64,000 nucleotides of DNA from Mobula hypostoma. Lineage: Eukaryota. The position numbers were made by a program, and so were the translations under genes. This document shows, piece after piece, positions 50,358 to 64,000 of this stretch (positions are counted from its first letter, which is position 1; the number at the start of each line of letters is the position of its first letter). Under the pieces are notes generated by a model. The model did no database searches and was not told where the DNA came from. It worked only from the letters and a program-made list of their open reading frames with translations. The DNA lies in assembly GCF_963921235.1 (NCBI RefSeq), contig NC_086108.1, positions 109,680,001 through 109,744,000 of the forward strand. The letters are read 5' to 3'.

Positions 50358-50587
50358 AAAATGCTGGAGAAACTCAGCAGGCCAGGCAGCATCAATGGAA
50401 AAGAGTACATCGACGTTTTGGGCCGAGATCCTTCATCAGGACTCACTGACATTATCACTGTCATATGTTGTGAAATTAGCTGTTTTGAAGCAGCAGTACA
50501 GAGTAAAGACATAAATTTACTATAAATTACAAAATAAATAAGTACTGTAAACTGCACACACTTAACGTTTCGGGAGCAGCTTCTCCT

Positions 50588-51273
50588 GAAGGAAGAGGAG
50601 AAGATGGCGGTGCGACGCAGCGCGCAGCGGCCACTCCGGTGATGAATATCTGTTATCTGTCAAGTAGGCTGCCGAGCACCATCCTGATGGAGACAGATGT
50701 GAGAGCTCGGAGGACAATCTGGTGAAACTTCTGAAATGCCTGTTTCGCTGCCGCTGCTACTGTGTGATCCTGAATCTCCGGAGGGGAAGGCCCCGAGTCC
50801 TCGGCTTTGCTTGTTGCTCGGCGGCCGGGGCGGGATCAAGGCGCTTGGCAGAGAAGGTGCTCGGTGCTCAGTGTCGGAGGGCTGGTCAGAGGCTTGAAGT
50901 TTTCGGACGGACTCAGGGTTGGCTGTGGTCGGGTGCTTCCAGGATGCTGCATCGGCAAGTTTGAGGTGCTGGAGGTTCATGGCAGGGAGAGTTTCTCCCT
51001 TCTACCGTCTGCGTGAGATGATGGGGCTATCGGGACTCGAGACTTTTTTTTACCGTGCCCATGGTCTGCTCTTATCAAATTACGGTATTGCTTTGCACTG
51101 TTGTAACCATATGTTATAATTATGTGGTTTTTGTCAGTTTTAGTCTTGGTCTGTCTTGTGTTTCTTGTGATATCATTCTGGAGGAACATTGTATCATTTC
51201 TTAATGCATGCATTTCTAAATGACAATAAACGAGGACTGAGTGTCCTCATAATCCAATCTAATGTAATCTAAT
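50588..51273 (+). mobile_element. CpG-rich non-autonomous LINE-dependent retroelement
   Basis: 5' gaagatggcg (YY1-like motif), 3' aataaa plus (aatct)n tail; splits a Rex motif gagcagcttct|cctccaccatcagatttctgaatgg. Confidence 0.7.
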
Positions 51274-51744
51274 CCTCCTCCACCATCAGATTTCTGAATG
51301 GACATTGAACCCAGGTACACTACCTCAATATATACTTTTTCTTTTTATTCACTTTTTTCACTACCTATTTAATTTAAATGTTTATATTTATTTTTTATTG
51401 TTGTTTATAGCTTTGTAAAATTATTATGCATTGCAATATACTGCTGCCACAAAACAACAAATTTAATGACATAAGCCAGAGGTAATAAACCTGATTCTGA
51501 TTAAAAGGAATAACGATGGGTTAGTGAAGTAACATGGCAGCTTATAAGACTCTCGAAACTAATGGTGACAGGAAGCTGCTGGTTCAGGTGAGGAAGTCTG
51601 AATCTTTGCTTGGTCAGCCATTGACTGAGTCTACAGTATATCCCCAGTGAGATGTACCCTCGGACACGTTCTCTCAATCTGATCAGCTGTTACTCTGCTG
51701 CGAAGGGAATATGCAGTATATGGGCTTTTATCAGCTTCTCAAAG

Positions 51745-52230
51745 ACAGACACACAGACACACTCACATACACATACGCACACCCCACGTACAAACATACA
51801 TACACACATAATTGTGCATACCACACATACAAACACACACACACGCACAAATGTGCACACCAAACACACAAACACACACACACAAATGTGCACACCCCAC
51901 ATACAAACATACACACACACAAACACACAGGCATTCACACATACCTCCATGTGCATATATTCACTCACAGTCTCAAGCATGCATTCATAATCTCACAATG
52001 AGATATACATAAAGGCGCATACTCACCCAGAATCACATTCTGTCATACACACACACACATAATCTAACACACTCACACAGACACGTATACAGTATATACA
52101 CACAGTATCATATATATTACACATGATACACACAGTAACATAAATATTACATATGATACACACTCTCACACACTCTCATAAATGCACACAATTACACATA
52201 CATACACACCTACAATCCCTCTTATGTGCG

Positions 52231-52294
<64 letters not shown>

Positions 52295-52370
52295 CACACA
52301 CACACAGAGTCTCTCTCACTCTCTTTCTCTTTCACACAAACTTTCTTTCCCTCTCACACACACATACCCT
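51745..52370. repeat. CA-rich low-complexity region including (CG)n(CA)n
   Basis: Direct observation; near-perfect (CA)n at about 52239-52306 preceded by a (CG) run. Confidence 0.95.
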
Positions 52371-53393
52371 TTCAAATGTGTGGAGATACACGATAGCTAT
52401 TCTGAATGTACGGTATTTCAACACTGGGGTGACTGCGATTCTGATGGGCCTTTCTATATGATGAGAGTGACACCTGTAGGTTCCTACAGGTATTGCAGCC
52501 AGTGTTCATGGTGATGCTGCTCTTCAGTGAATGGGATCACTCCGAGTTTTCAACGCTTCACAGAGGGACGCTGTCTGCGAACCATGGTGTGTGTGTGTGT
52601 GTGTGGGGGGGGGGGGGTGTTGCTGATTGAACCAGTACTACACTGTCAAAATGTTGGAGTTTAATGTGCATTGTGTACAATTTTGGGCAAGAGAACAGGC
52701 TCGTTTATGTTTTTTTTAACTCTTCCAGGTGAGGTAGACAGTATAAACAGTGAAGGCAGCAGAAAGGGGTCCCCAGTCATCTTCCATTCCATGCTACTAG
52801 ACCCTGATCCTGATCTGTCAAGGACCATGTGTTGGCAGCCCCTGCATCAACCTCCTCACATTAAACAACGTCACATACAGGCATTCTCTATTAAAGGAAT
52901 AACCCCTTGGAGAACTTCATTTTTGACTTAGAGATGGCAGTACTATTCCTGTGGTTTTATGGGTAAGTAGGTTAATTGGTCACATGGGTGGCGCAAGCTG
53001 GTTGGGCCAGAAGAGCCTGTTATCGTGCCGAGCCAACGATGGGGGAGCTGCGTGGCCTAGGTTGTGGCGCGGACCAAGCCCTCATGCCTTGTGGTCACCT
53101 GTTGTGGCCGCCGAGGAGAGACGCGCCAGTGTGCCATTGGATTCTGCAGTGGGTTGGGGCTGGCATCTCCCATTGGTGCTGCCCTCCAGTGTTCGCTCGG
53201 CAGAAGACAAGCTGGTTGCGTTCATCTTTGGCTGCACTACTGACGAGGAGCTGCTGCAGGCTTGTTCTTACAGAAACATGGCTCCAGGACAACTGATGCA
53301 TCATCAGTCTACAGGCCATGGCGCTCAGGGACTTGGGTGATATCATTGTTTTATATTTCTGTAACTGTATGTTTTTCTGCCATCATAGTTATA

Positions 53394-55008
53394 CAGCGGT
53401 ACTAGAAAGTTTGTGAACCCTGTAGAATTTTCTCTATTTCTGCATAAAAATGACCTAAATTTGATCAGATTTTCATGTACAGCAAGTCTCCTTATCTAGT
53501 CCTAAAACTAGATAAAGAGAAGCCAATCAAATAAATAACACAAACACTTGTTCACTTATTTATTGAGAATAATGATCCAATATTACATGTATTGGTTGGA
53601 AAAAATATATGACCTTTGCTTTCAGTAACTGGTATGACCCCTCGTACAGCAATAACTTCAACCAAACGTTTCCGGTAAATGTTGATCAGTCCTGCACATT
53701 GATTTGCAGGAATTTTGGGCCATTCCTCCTTACAAAATTGCTTCAACTCTGGGATGTTGGTGGGCTCCTTTCCATGATCTTCTTGCTTCAGGTCCTTCCA
53801 CAACATTTCTATAGGAATCGGCCATTCCAAGACACAAATTTTCTTCTTCTTAAACCATTCTGTTGTTGATTTGCTCTAGTCTTTTGGATCATTGTCTTAG
53901 TTGCATTATTGAACTTCTGTTAATCTTCAGGTGATAGACTGCTATCCTGACGTTCTCCTGTAAAATGTCTCGATACAATTTTGAATTTATTGCTCCATCA
54001 ACAATGGCAAGCTGTCCAGGCCCTGAGGCAGCAAAACAGCCGCAAACCATGATGCTCCTTCCACCATGCTTCACAGTTGGGATGAGGTTTTGGTATTGGT
54101 GTGCAGTGTCCTTCTTCCTCCAAACATAGCAATGTGCATTTCTGCCAAAAAGTTCAATTTTCATCTCATCTGTCCACAGAACGTTGTGCCAGAAGCATTG
54201 TAGAATATCTAAGTGGTCCTTGCAAACTTGAGACGTGCAGCAATGTCTTGTTTTGGAAAGCAGTGGTTTTCTCTGTAGTGTCCTTCCAAGAACATTATTC
54301 TTGATCAGTGTTTTTCTTATAGTGGACAGATGAACAAGAGACTTTAACAAGTTCTCGAGATTTCTGCAGGTCTCTTGCTGTTACCCTTGAGTTCTCTTTA
54401 ACCTCCTTCAGCATTGCATGTTGTGCTGTTGGTGTGATCTTTGCAGGATGCCCACTCCTAGGGAGCGTAGCAATAGGACTGAGTTTTCTCCATTTGTAGA
54501 CAATTTCTCTTACTGTGGACTGATAAACACTCAGGTCTTTTGAAATGCTTTTGTAGCCTTTTCCAGATTCATGCATCTCTACAATTCTTTTTCTAAGGTC
54601 CTCTGAAAGTCATTTTGATCGAGGTATGGTGCACATAAATAGATCTTCCTTAAGAAGAGCAGGCTCTGTCAGTAACCTGACTTTATCTGTCCTTTTTATA
54701 GGGCTGGAAACCTTTTCAAACCACACCTCCAATCTCATCTCATTGATCGGAACACCTGACTCCAAATAGCTTTTGTAGAAGGCATTACCCCAGACGTTCA
54801 CATACTTTTTTCAGCAAATACATGTAATATTGGATCATTTTTCTCAAAAAAATAAATGAACAAGTATCAGGTTCTTTGTGTTATTTCTTTAACTGGGTTC
54901 CCTTTATCTAGTTTTAGGACTTACATGAAGATCTGATCATATTTTAGATCAGATATATGCAGAAAGAGAGAATTTTTCACAGTGTTCACAAACTTTCTAA
55001 CACCACTG
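53394..55008 (-). mobile_element. Full-length (1615 bp) Tc1 transposon with a decayed transposase
   Basis: TA TSDs; TIRs cagcggtactagaaagtttgtgaac/gttcacaaactttctaacaccactg; HESGKGYKSISK, VLWTDEMKIELFG, PTVKHGGRSIMVCGCF, PIEMLWKDLK spread over several frames. Confidence 0.93.
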
Positions 55009-55994
55009 TATGTGCTATATGTGCTTTGTGCTGTGTGTGACTGTTGGTACAGTGTTTTGCACCTTAACCGTAGAGGAACTCAGTTTCATTTGGCTGTATT
55101 CATGTGTATAGTTGAATGACAATTTTCAAGCTTGAAGTTGAACTTGTATCTCTAAATAAAATAACGTTAAAAAAAAAATAGAATAACACAATGCCTCTAG
55201 TTCTACAAACTTCCTTGTAAATCTTTCCTACACACTTTCAGTCTTTCCTGTAACAGGGTGACCATTGCTGAACATTGTAAACAAAGTGCAGCTTCACCAA
55301 TGTCTTGGAGAACTGCATCAATAACATCCCAACTCCGATACTCAATACCCGGATGATGAAGGCTAGCATGCAACTGTCGTTATAGACAGAGGTGGGACTG
55401 GCTAGAAAGCAAGGGTGTGATGCTGAGACTGTATAAGGCATTAGTGAGGACTTGTTTGGAGTATTGTGAACAGTCTTGGGCCCCTTATTTGAGAAAGGAT
55501 GTGCTAGCATTGGAGAGGATCCAGAGGATGATGCCAGGAATGAATGGGTTATCATATGAGCAGTGATTGAAGGCTCTAGGCCTGTACTCACTCCAATTTA
55601 GAAGAATAGTGGGGGATCTCATTGAAACCTATCAAATATTGAACGGCCTAGATCAAATGGATTTGACGAGGATGCTTCCTTTGTTTGGGTAGTCTAGGAC
55701 CAGCAGGCACAGCCTCAAAATACAGGGACGTCCATTTGGAACAAAGATGAGGAGGAATTTCTTTAGCCAGGTGGTGGCAAATCTGTGGAATTCGTTGCCT
55801 TAGGCAACGGTGAAGGCCGGTCACTGGACGCATTTAAGGTGGAGACTGATAGGTTCTTGATTAGTCAGGGCGTGAAAGGTTATGGGAAGAAGGCAGGAGA
55901 ATGGGGTTGGGAAGGAAATGGATCAGCCATGATGAAATGGCAAAGCAGACTCAATGGGCTGAATGGCCTACTTCTGCTCCTATGTCTTATGGTC

Positions 55995-56415
55995 CTTACT
56001 CACTTGTAAGGCCAGTGATGTTGTGGGGATGGAACTGGACTCTCTGACAGTGGTATCTGAAAAGAGGATGCTGTCCAAGTTGCATGCCATCTTGGACAAT
56101 GTCTCCCATCCACTACATAATGTACTGGGTGGGCACAGGAGTACATTCAACCAGAGACTCATTCCACCGAGATGCAGCACAGAGCGTCATAGGAAGTCAT
56201 TCCTGCTTGTGGCCATCAAACTTTACAACTCCTCCCTTGGAGGGTCAGACACCCTGAGCCAATAGGCTGGTCCTGGACTAATTTGCTGCGATAATTTACA
56301 TATTACTATTTAATTATTTATGGCTTTATTACTATTTAATTATTTATGGTGCAACTGTAACGAAAGCCAATTTACCCCGGGATCAATAAAGTATGACTAT
56401 GACTATGACTATGAC
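55995..56415 (+). mobile_element. Young Rex-like LINE 3' end inserted in a CR1 tail
   Basis: Near-identical to 49961-50357; tatggtc on both flanks (55988-55994, 56416-56422). Confidence 0.85.
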
Positions 56416-56474
56416 TATGGTCTTATGATCTTTATTCCTTAAGGGAGATGTCTGCCCGGATGAAATAAATTAGC

Positions 56475-56730
56475 CGGATTCCTTCCTCTCCAGCCCTTCA
56501 CCTTTCCCATCCACCTGGCTTCACCTATCATCTTCTAGCAAGTCCTTCTTCCCCTCCTCCCACCTTTTCATTTTGACGCCTTTCCCTTTCCTTTCCACTC
56601 CTGCTGAAGGGTCTCAGCCTGAAACGTTGACTGTACTCTCTTCCATAGACGCTGCCTGGCCTGCTGAGTTCCTCCAGCATTTTGCGTGTGTTGCTCGGAT
56701 TCCCAGCATCTGCAGATTTTCTGTTGTTCG
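56475..56730 (+). mobile_element. Penelope terminal fragment with a hammerhead-like motif
   Basis: ctgctgaagggtctcagcctgaaacgttgactg...gctgagttcctccagc. Confidence 0.8.
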
Positions 56731-59700
56731 TGACACAGTGAAATGTGTCATTTGCGTCAATGACCAGCACAGCCCAAGGACTGTGCTGGGGGCAGCCCGC
56801 AAGAGTCACCACACTCCCAGTGCCAACACAGCATGCCCACAGCTCACTAACCCTGACCCGTATGTCTTTGGAATGCGGGGTGAAACTGGAGCCCCCCAAG
56901 GAAATTCATGCGGTCACAGGGAGAACTCCTTACAGGTGGGGGCAGGAATTGAACCCCAATCTTACAGCTGGTTCTGTAAACTGTTGCGCTAACCACTACC
57001 CTGCCAACCTTTGACCTCTCACGTCAATGGTCTCTTTCCCCCTCCACAGACGCTGCCTATCTCACTGACTTCCTCCAGCACCTCATGTGATGCCTAACTA
57101 CATTACCATTATCATTTTTATGCACTGCATTTCTGCGAGTATAGTAACTGATTAAATCTGGTCACTCCTGCCAACATATTTCCACCTGTTGAAATTTCCA
57201 ATGCGCTTACAAAAGAGCTATTTAATGAAGAAAGAATGCTGGATTGACGTCTTGCTTTGCTATCTGTGTCCAGCTTCATTGCCTCCTCAGCACTAACTGC
57301 GTCGAAGGTGCAATGCCCTAATCTTCTTGATTAAGAGCTGTCGACAGGTTCAGCTCCTTGTGTATTGTCAGTAATCTTGATACTATGCACAGTCCAGCTC
57401 CTAAATCAAATATTTTCTTTGGGAGAACAAGCAGCCTTGTGTTTTAGTCAGCCTGCAATGTATTCAAAACTCACCAGCAATTTCAAAGCAGACAGGGAGG
57501 AAATGAAAGGAGTTCTCAGTGATTGCTGTGCCTTTCCCAGTGGTTTATAATCAAATCTTTGCTAAATATACAGATATCAAACATATAAACCAGTGCAGAA
57601 TAGGAACAAATAAAATACATCTCTTATTACTTCTAAAGGTAAATGCAAGCAGGCTTTTTCCACTGAGGTTGGGTGGGACCAGGACTAGAGGTCGCAGGTT
57701 AGGGCGAAAGGTGAAATGTTTTAGGGGAAACTGAAGCGGAACATATTCACTCAGAGGGTAGTGAGAGTGTGGAACGAGCTGCCCGCAGAAATGGTGGATG
57801 CGGGTCAAATTGCAACATTTAAGACAAGTTTGGATAGTACGGTGGGATACGGCTCAGGTGTGGCAGAATAACGATTAGTAAGTTAATAGGTCGTTGTAAT
57901 TTGTCGTGTGATTAGGTTAGGGTTAATTGGGTTTGTCAGGGATACTGTGGCTCAAAGGGCCAGGAGGCCCAACTCCACACTGTATGGTTGACATGGATGA
58001 ATTGGGCCAAAGGGTCAAACTCTGTGAGGCATAATGCAGTGACTGGCACTCTGATGGGGGAAAGGCAGGAGAATGAGGTTGAGAGGGATAATGGATCAGC
58101 CGTGATGGGATGATGGAATGGACTCGATAGGCCGAATGGCCTAATTCTGCTCCTGTGTCTGATGGTACGTCACAGTCTGGAGGCTCCTTCATCAATTAGC
58201 AGCAGTTCTTCCACCAGCTATTCAGGGGAATTGGCTTTCGGTGGTAAACTTCGGACTTGCCAGCGGTATCCGAAGTCTGTAACTGAGCGAAACACAGCCA
58301 GGCACGGAGGGGAGAGCATGGATGAAGTTGCTCCAATACATTAGTTGCTCTGCCCTTCCAGGTGTGGATACAGAGGTTTGTTAGTCGTCCCTCGCATCTG
58401 ACAATGAGAGGATAACCGTGCGGGAGAGATTTTTAAGAGGAAAAGCCTTTGCACTGGGACGGTTCCTGCCTCTCAACCTCAGAAGTCCAGGTCCAGTGGT
58501 ACGAGTGGTCTGGGGTTTTCCTTGGTTGCAGTGGGTGACCATGACGATTTCTGTGCCTTGTCATGCCCTTTGCTCTCCACGGGACATCGCAGAACCACCT
58601 TCCTGGCAGCTGGATCTCAGTGTCTGCCAGAGCTGGCTGGGAGAGGCACGTCCCTATCTCCCTGGGGTATGAGGACTGCTGGCTACCCTCGCCTGTCGAA
58701 GCAGTGTACCAGGGTATGGCTGCTGTCACATGCAGACAGCTACTGACAGGTGAAAACTGACTGTCCGGTGAGGACCAAAGATGAGAGAGCTGTCCCAGAG
58801 TGGATACTGCAAGCCCCTTCACCAGAGGTACTGCCCCTCCCTGGACACCCCATACACCCCACACAGGTTTACAATGCAGTGAACTGGGTAGGCAAAGATA
58901 CATCATTTCCTGTTACTTGAATATTGAAGGATTGGTTTTATTTGTCGCATATACTGTACATCAAAATGGACGGCGGAATGTGTCATTTTCATTAACAACC
59001 AACACTGTCCCAGGATGTGCTCGGGGCAGCCAACAAGTCTCTCCATGCTTCCAGGGCAACAGAGCATGCTCACAACTTATAAACCCTAACTAACCCATAC
59101 ATCCATAAAACCATAAGATATATGAACAGAATCAGGCCATTCAGCCCATCGAGTCTGCTCTGCCATTCAATCATGGCTGATTTATTATCCCCCTCAACTC
59201 CATTCTCCTGCTTTCTTCCCACAACCTTTGACACTCAAACTAATCAAGAACCTATCAACTTCCACTTTAAATACACCCAATGACATTATTTTTTATTTAT
59301 TTATAGGAATACATACCCTTCCGGCCCTTCAAGCCACAGCTCCCAGCATTCCCCCGATTTAATCTGAGCCTAGTCACAGGACAATTTACAAAGACTAGTT
59401 AACCTACTAACCAGTACGTCTTTGTACTGAGGGAGGAAACCGGGGTACCCAGAGGACACCCACGCAGTCGTGGGAAGAAGGTACAAACTCCTTCCAGACG
59501 GTGTCAGGAATTGAACCCTGATCTCTGGTGCTGTACAGAATGTCACCAATTCCTACACGACAAATATGTGTGTGCACTAGTGCGATGAAATACATACCTG
59601 CAGCATCACCACAGGTACAGAGCAAAATGCACTAGAATAATACAAAATAAACATAAGTTAAACACAATTTTTACAAGAGTGAACACAATTAGAACAAAAA

Positions 59701-60954
59701 TACAAAGAATACTTCGGTGCGAAGTGACCGAGCTGATTATAGTGTTGGTCTGGAGGGCCCACTACACGGGATTGGAAAATAAGCTGCAGAAAGTTGTGAA
59801 CTCGGCCAGCTCTATCATAGGCACTAGCCTCCCCAGCATCAAGGAGATCTTCAAAAGGCAATACCTCAGAAAGGCAGTATCCATCAGTAAGGACCCCCAT
59901 CACTCAGGACACGCCCTCTTCTCATTGCTACCATCAGGGAGGAGGTACAGGAGCTTGAAGACACTCACTCAATGATTCAGAACCAGCTTCTTCCCCTCTG
60001 CCATCAGATTTCTGAATGACATAGAACCCATGAACATAAACTCACCTTTTCCCTCTCTTTTTGCACTACTTATCTAATTTAATCGTATATATATTGCATG
60101 TTCTTTGTATTATTATTCACAGTTCTTTTTATTTTTATTTCTCGCAACATAATGCTGCCACAAAACAACAAATTTCATGACATATGCCAGTGATATCAAA
60201 CCAGATTCAGATTCTGCTAAATTGTAGTGATTAGATGTGAAACAGTGGATCAACACCCAACTGTTTGAGGGGAAGTAGCTGTTCTCGAATCTGATGTTGT
60301 GAGACTTCAGATTTTTGTACCTCCTGCCTGATGGTAGCAGATTACTTTAAATTCTCAAACCTGTCCCAATCTATCACCACACAGCGCCAGCATACAAATG
60401 GTTAATTTTTGCGGTCTTTAATTGCCCATTCACTGTTTTGGGAGTGGAATAACTTGCTTAAAATAAATGGGTTAATGTCTCCACTGAAATAATAGAGAAA
60501 GGAAATTTAGCCTAATGAGTTAAGTGCTCACAAACTAGTATCCCACAGAATAATTTGAGGGCTAATGTCTAGTATAAATTTTTTAATGCTTATTGAGTTG
60601 TTAAAATGTCGAACTAATTCCCTTTGAGATTGAAGGAAGAAAGATAGATTGGGGAAGAGTAATTCTTCTGTAACTAAGACGGATCTGAGAGAGGTAAAAA
60701 GCCCTAGAGACATGCTAAGTCTCGGACCAGGGAACTAAGGGTCAGTGTTTTAAAATACGGGTCAACCACTTAAGACAGAAGTGATGTGAAATCTTTCAGG
60801 AGATGGTGAATTTTTGGAATCCTCTTCCTCAAAGAACAGTCAAAGCAGAATCTTTGAATTTATGTACTTCAGGGGATGTGAAAAGATTCTTCATTGGTAA
60901 GGGGTCAACAGGTCAGCAGGAGGATGGAACTGAGGTTACGGTGGAATCGACCCA

Positions 60955-61530
60955 TAAACACAAGAGATTCTGCAGATGCTGGAAATCCAGAGCAACACAC
61001 ACAAAACGCTGGAGGAACTCAGCAGGTCAGGCAGCATCTATGGAGAGGAATAAGCAGTCAGTGTTTCTGGCTGAGGCCCTTCCTCAGGACTGGAAAGGAA
61101 GGGGGATGTTGCCAGAATAATAAGGTGGGAGGAGGGGAATGAGGACAAGCTAGGAAGTGATAGGTGAAGCCAGGTGGGTGAAGGGAGAGGAGATGAAATA
61201 AGAAGCTGGGAGGTGATAGGTGGAAAAGGCAAAGGGCTGGAGAAAAAGAAATCTGACAGGAGAGGAGAGTGGACCATGGGAAAAAGAGAAGGAGAGGGGA
61301 CCCAGAGGGAGGTGATAGGTAGGCGAGGAGAAGAGGTAAGAGGCTGGAATGGGGAATAGAAGAAGAGGGAAGAGGGATGGAAAAAATCGCTGGAAGAAGC
61401 AACCGATGTTCTTGCCATCAGGTTGGAGGCTAACGAAATGGAATTTGAGGTGTGGCTTCATCGTGGCACAAAAAGAAGTCGTGGACTGACATGTCAGAGT
61501 GGGAAAAGCGATAGGAATTAAAATGGTTGG
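60955..61530 (-). mobile_element. Penelope 3' fragment with a hammerhead-like motif
   Basis: Reverse complement is colinear with 47870-48450. Confidence 0.82.
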
Positions 61531-62312
61531 CCACCAGGAGAGACTAGAATCTACCCAAGTTTTACTGAATTGTTTACTCCTGCTACCAATGTCCATACGT
61601 AAATCTGCTAAGAAGAGGACACCGGTCAAGAGGTCTTGATGATAATCTCAGAAATAAATTCTGGATGAGAATACAAACCGTCCATGTGATCTGCTATGGA
61701 TTTAAGAAAAATTTTCCTCATAAAACATTTCAACTTCTCAGTCATTTATTTGCTCACTGTGGGGATTTTGCTATGCATGATTCATTAAAACATAAAAATT
61801 TTAAAGATTATTTGTTGGAAGTACATTGAAACATACAGTGAAGTACATCATTTGCATCAAATTGATTCAGCAAGGATTGTGCTGGGGCAACCCACAGGTG
61901 CAGCCATGCTTCCAGCACCAACATAGCATGCTCACAACTCACCAACCATAACCATACGTCTTTGGAACGTGGGAGAAAACCCACAGTGACACGGGGAAAA
62001 TGTACAAGGTGCTTACAAAGAATCCTGATCTTGCAGTGAGTGCTGTAAAGGGTTATGCTACCACTAACTACCATCAAAATTATTTCTGGATTTGCCAACA
62101 AATGCTCTGCCCATGACTGCATGAGTTGTGGATACAGCCTCCCCTGCCTATGTTCTCACTGCCTCAGTAAAGAAGCCAACATAATCAAAGACCCCAACCA
62201 TCCCGGCTATTTTCTCTTCCCCCCCTCTCCCACCAGACTCAGGGCTAGCTTCTACCCCGCTGTTATAAGACTATCAAATGGTTCTCCTGACATCACAATT
62301 TCCCTCTCTATA

Positions 62313-62651
62313 TGTCACGGTGTGCGCTGACAGATGACTGATTCAAGGTGTGAGTGAATGACAAAAGTTGAGACAGAATCTAGTTTATTTCATCAAACTT
62401 TCAAATGAATATCGGTGGCTTGACCGAGCCACACCCGAGACCAATCATTCTCAGAACACAAGGACCCTACAATAAGCGCAAATGAGTGTCCACTTTAAAT
62501 ATTCATAGACTGCAGAAAACCCGCGCTTGTCACATTTAACAATTAACTTGACGATTCAACAGAAAGCACAAGGACTTAATGACTTGAGATAAGACAATTA
62601 ACAAACAGAGCAAGGCTGGCAAGGCTGGCAAGGCTGGCAAGGCTCATGACA
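62313..62651 (-). mobile_element. Solo LTR (339 bp)
   Basis: TGTCA...TGACA termini; TSD ctata/ctatg; minus-strand AATAAA at about 62385; internal (gcaaggctg) repeated about 4 times. Confidence 0.8.
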
Positions 62652-63739
62652 CTATGACTTTGCACCTTGTTATCTACCTGCAGTGCACTTTCATGGTAAC
62701 ATATTATTGTACTTTAGAGATACAGCACAGTATCACAGTAACAAGGCCTTCTGGCCCAACAAGCCCACACCGCCCAATTACACACGTCTGACGAATTAAC
62801 CTACTAATCCGTACGTCTTTTGGAATGTAGGAGGAAACCGGAGCACCCTGAGGAAACTCACACAGCCACGGTGAGTATGTACAAACTCATTACAGGCTGA
62901 GGCAAGAGCTGAACCAAAATTACTGACGCTGTAATAGCTTTACACTAACCGCAGTGCTACCATGCTGCCCTGTTGCACTTTATTCTGCCTCTGAGGGGAG
63001 AGTGGACAGAGATATACAGAATTATGAAGGGGATAGATAGGGTGAATAAAAGCAGGCTTTTTCCACTGAGGTTGGATGGGACTTCAACTAGAGGTCATAG
63101 GTTAAAGGTGAAAGGTGAAAACTTTAAGGGAAAATATGAGGGGAAATCTCTTCACTCAGAGGATTGTGAGAGTACGGAATGAGTGGTTAGCGCAAGAAGT
63201 GCATGACAGCTCAATTTCAACATTTAAGAGAAGTTTGGATAGGTACATGAATGGGAAGGCTGTGGACGGCTATGGTCCTGGTGCAGGTCGATGGGAGTAG
63301 GCAGTTTAATTGGTACAGCGCCGACTAGATAGGTCGAGCCAGCTTATGTACTGTACTTCCCTATGATTCAAAGTTGTTGCTTTGCCATCTACTACCTCAA
63401 TATATTGTGTAATAATCAGATCTGTATGAAGAGAATATAAGACAAGTTATTCATTCTACATGTAAACTAACTTTAGTTTTGTAAGAACAAACAGTGACTG
63501 CTCTTTCCAAGTAATCCAGATTGTCTAAAACGTATTGCAAAATATGATCGTACAAAATAGAAAGATATCTTCCCTCCTTCTATACCTTTCTCAGTGTTGA
63601 CATCTGATTGTAGAGTCCAGAATTGATCTTTCTTTAATTCATATATGTCCCAAGAAATTTGGTATAAATATTATAGATGATTTATTTTGCCACAAACAAT
63701 TAGAATATCTCCTGGGTCAGCAAATATCATTCGAACATA

Positions 63740-64000
63740 CACTTAGTGACCACTTTATTATGTGCACTTGTAGACCTGCTCCTTAATGCAAATATCTAAT
63801 CAGCCAATCATGTGGCAGCAACTCAATGCAGAAAAGCACGCAGACATGGTCAAGAGGTTCAGTTGTTGTTCAGACCAAATACCAGAAAGGGGAAGAAATG
63901 TGATCTGAATGACTTTGACCATGGAAAGATTGTTGGTGCCAGTTGGGGTGGTTTGAGTATCTCAGAAACTGCTGATCTCCTGGGATGTTCACACACAACA
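63740..64000 (+). mobile_element. Non-autonomous Tc1 element, cut by the window end
   Basis: TA+cacttagtgaccactttatta TIR; reverse complement of the 3991-4514 family. Confidence 0.85.

Noticed and set aside
58248..58277. Hairpin acttcgga...tccgaagt in unique sequence
   Set aside because: An 8-bp stem is expected by chance in 64 kb; no other support for an RNA gene or exon.

Overview
Eukaryotic, repeat-dense genomic DNA. The HE1-like V-SINEs together with CR1, Rex1/Babar, RTE, R4, Penelope and Tc1 relics point to a cartilaginous fish, probably a ray (inference). I found no intact protein-coding gene, rRNA, true tRNA or CRISPR array; the listed ORFs are decayed TE fragments, microsatellite read-through or chance ORFs. 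Most of the window is nested mobile DNA separated by short unique islands, so it is probably intronic or intergenic. Main findings: (1) a TSD-bounded chimeric insertion joining an ERV-L/Fv1-like retroviral gag fragment to a CR1 3' end (15033-15896); (2) a composite Tc1 mini-MITE transposon expanded to 7.3 kb by seven nested insertions (30474-37795); (3) a near-perfect ~850-bp inverted duplication with reciprocal flanks (25685-28534); (4) minimal hammerhead-ribozyme motifs in Penelope ends; (5) a 70-bp LINE-derived tandem array with a 140-bp higher-order period; (6) about eight solo LTRs, most with recognisable TSDs. Family names come from motif recognition by eye, not database searches.
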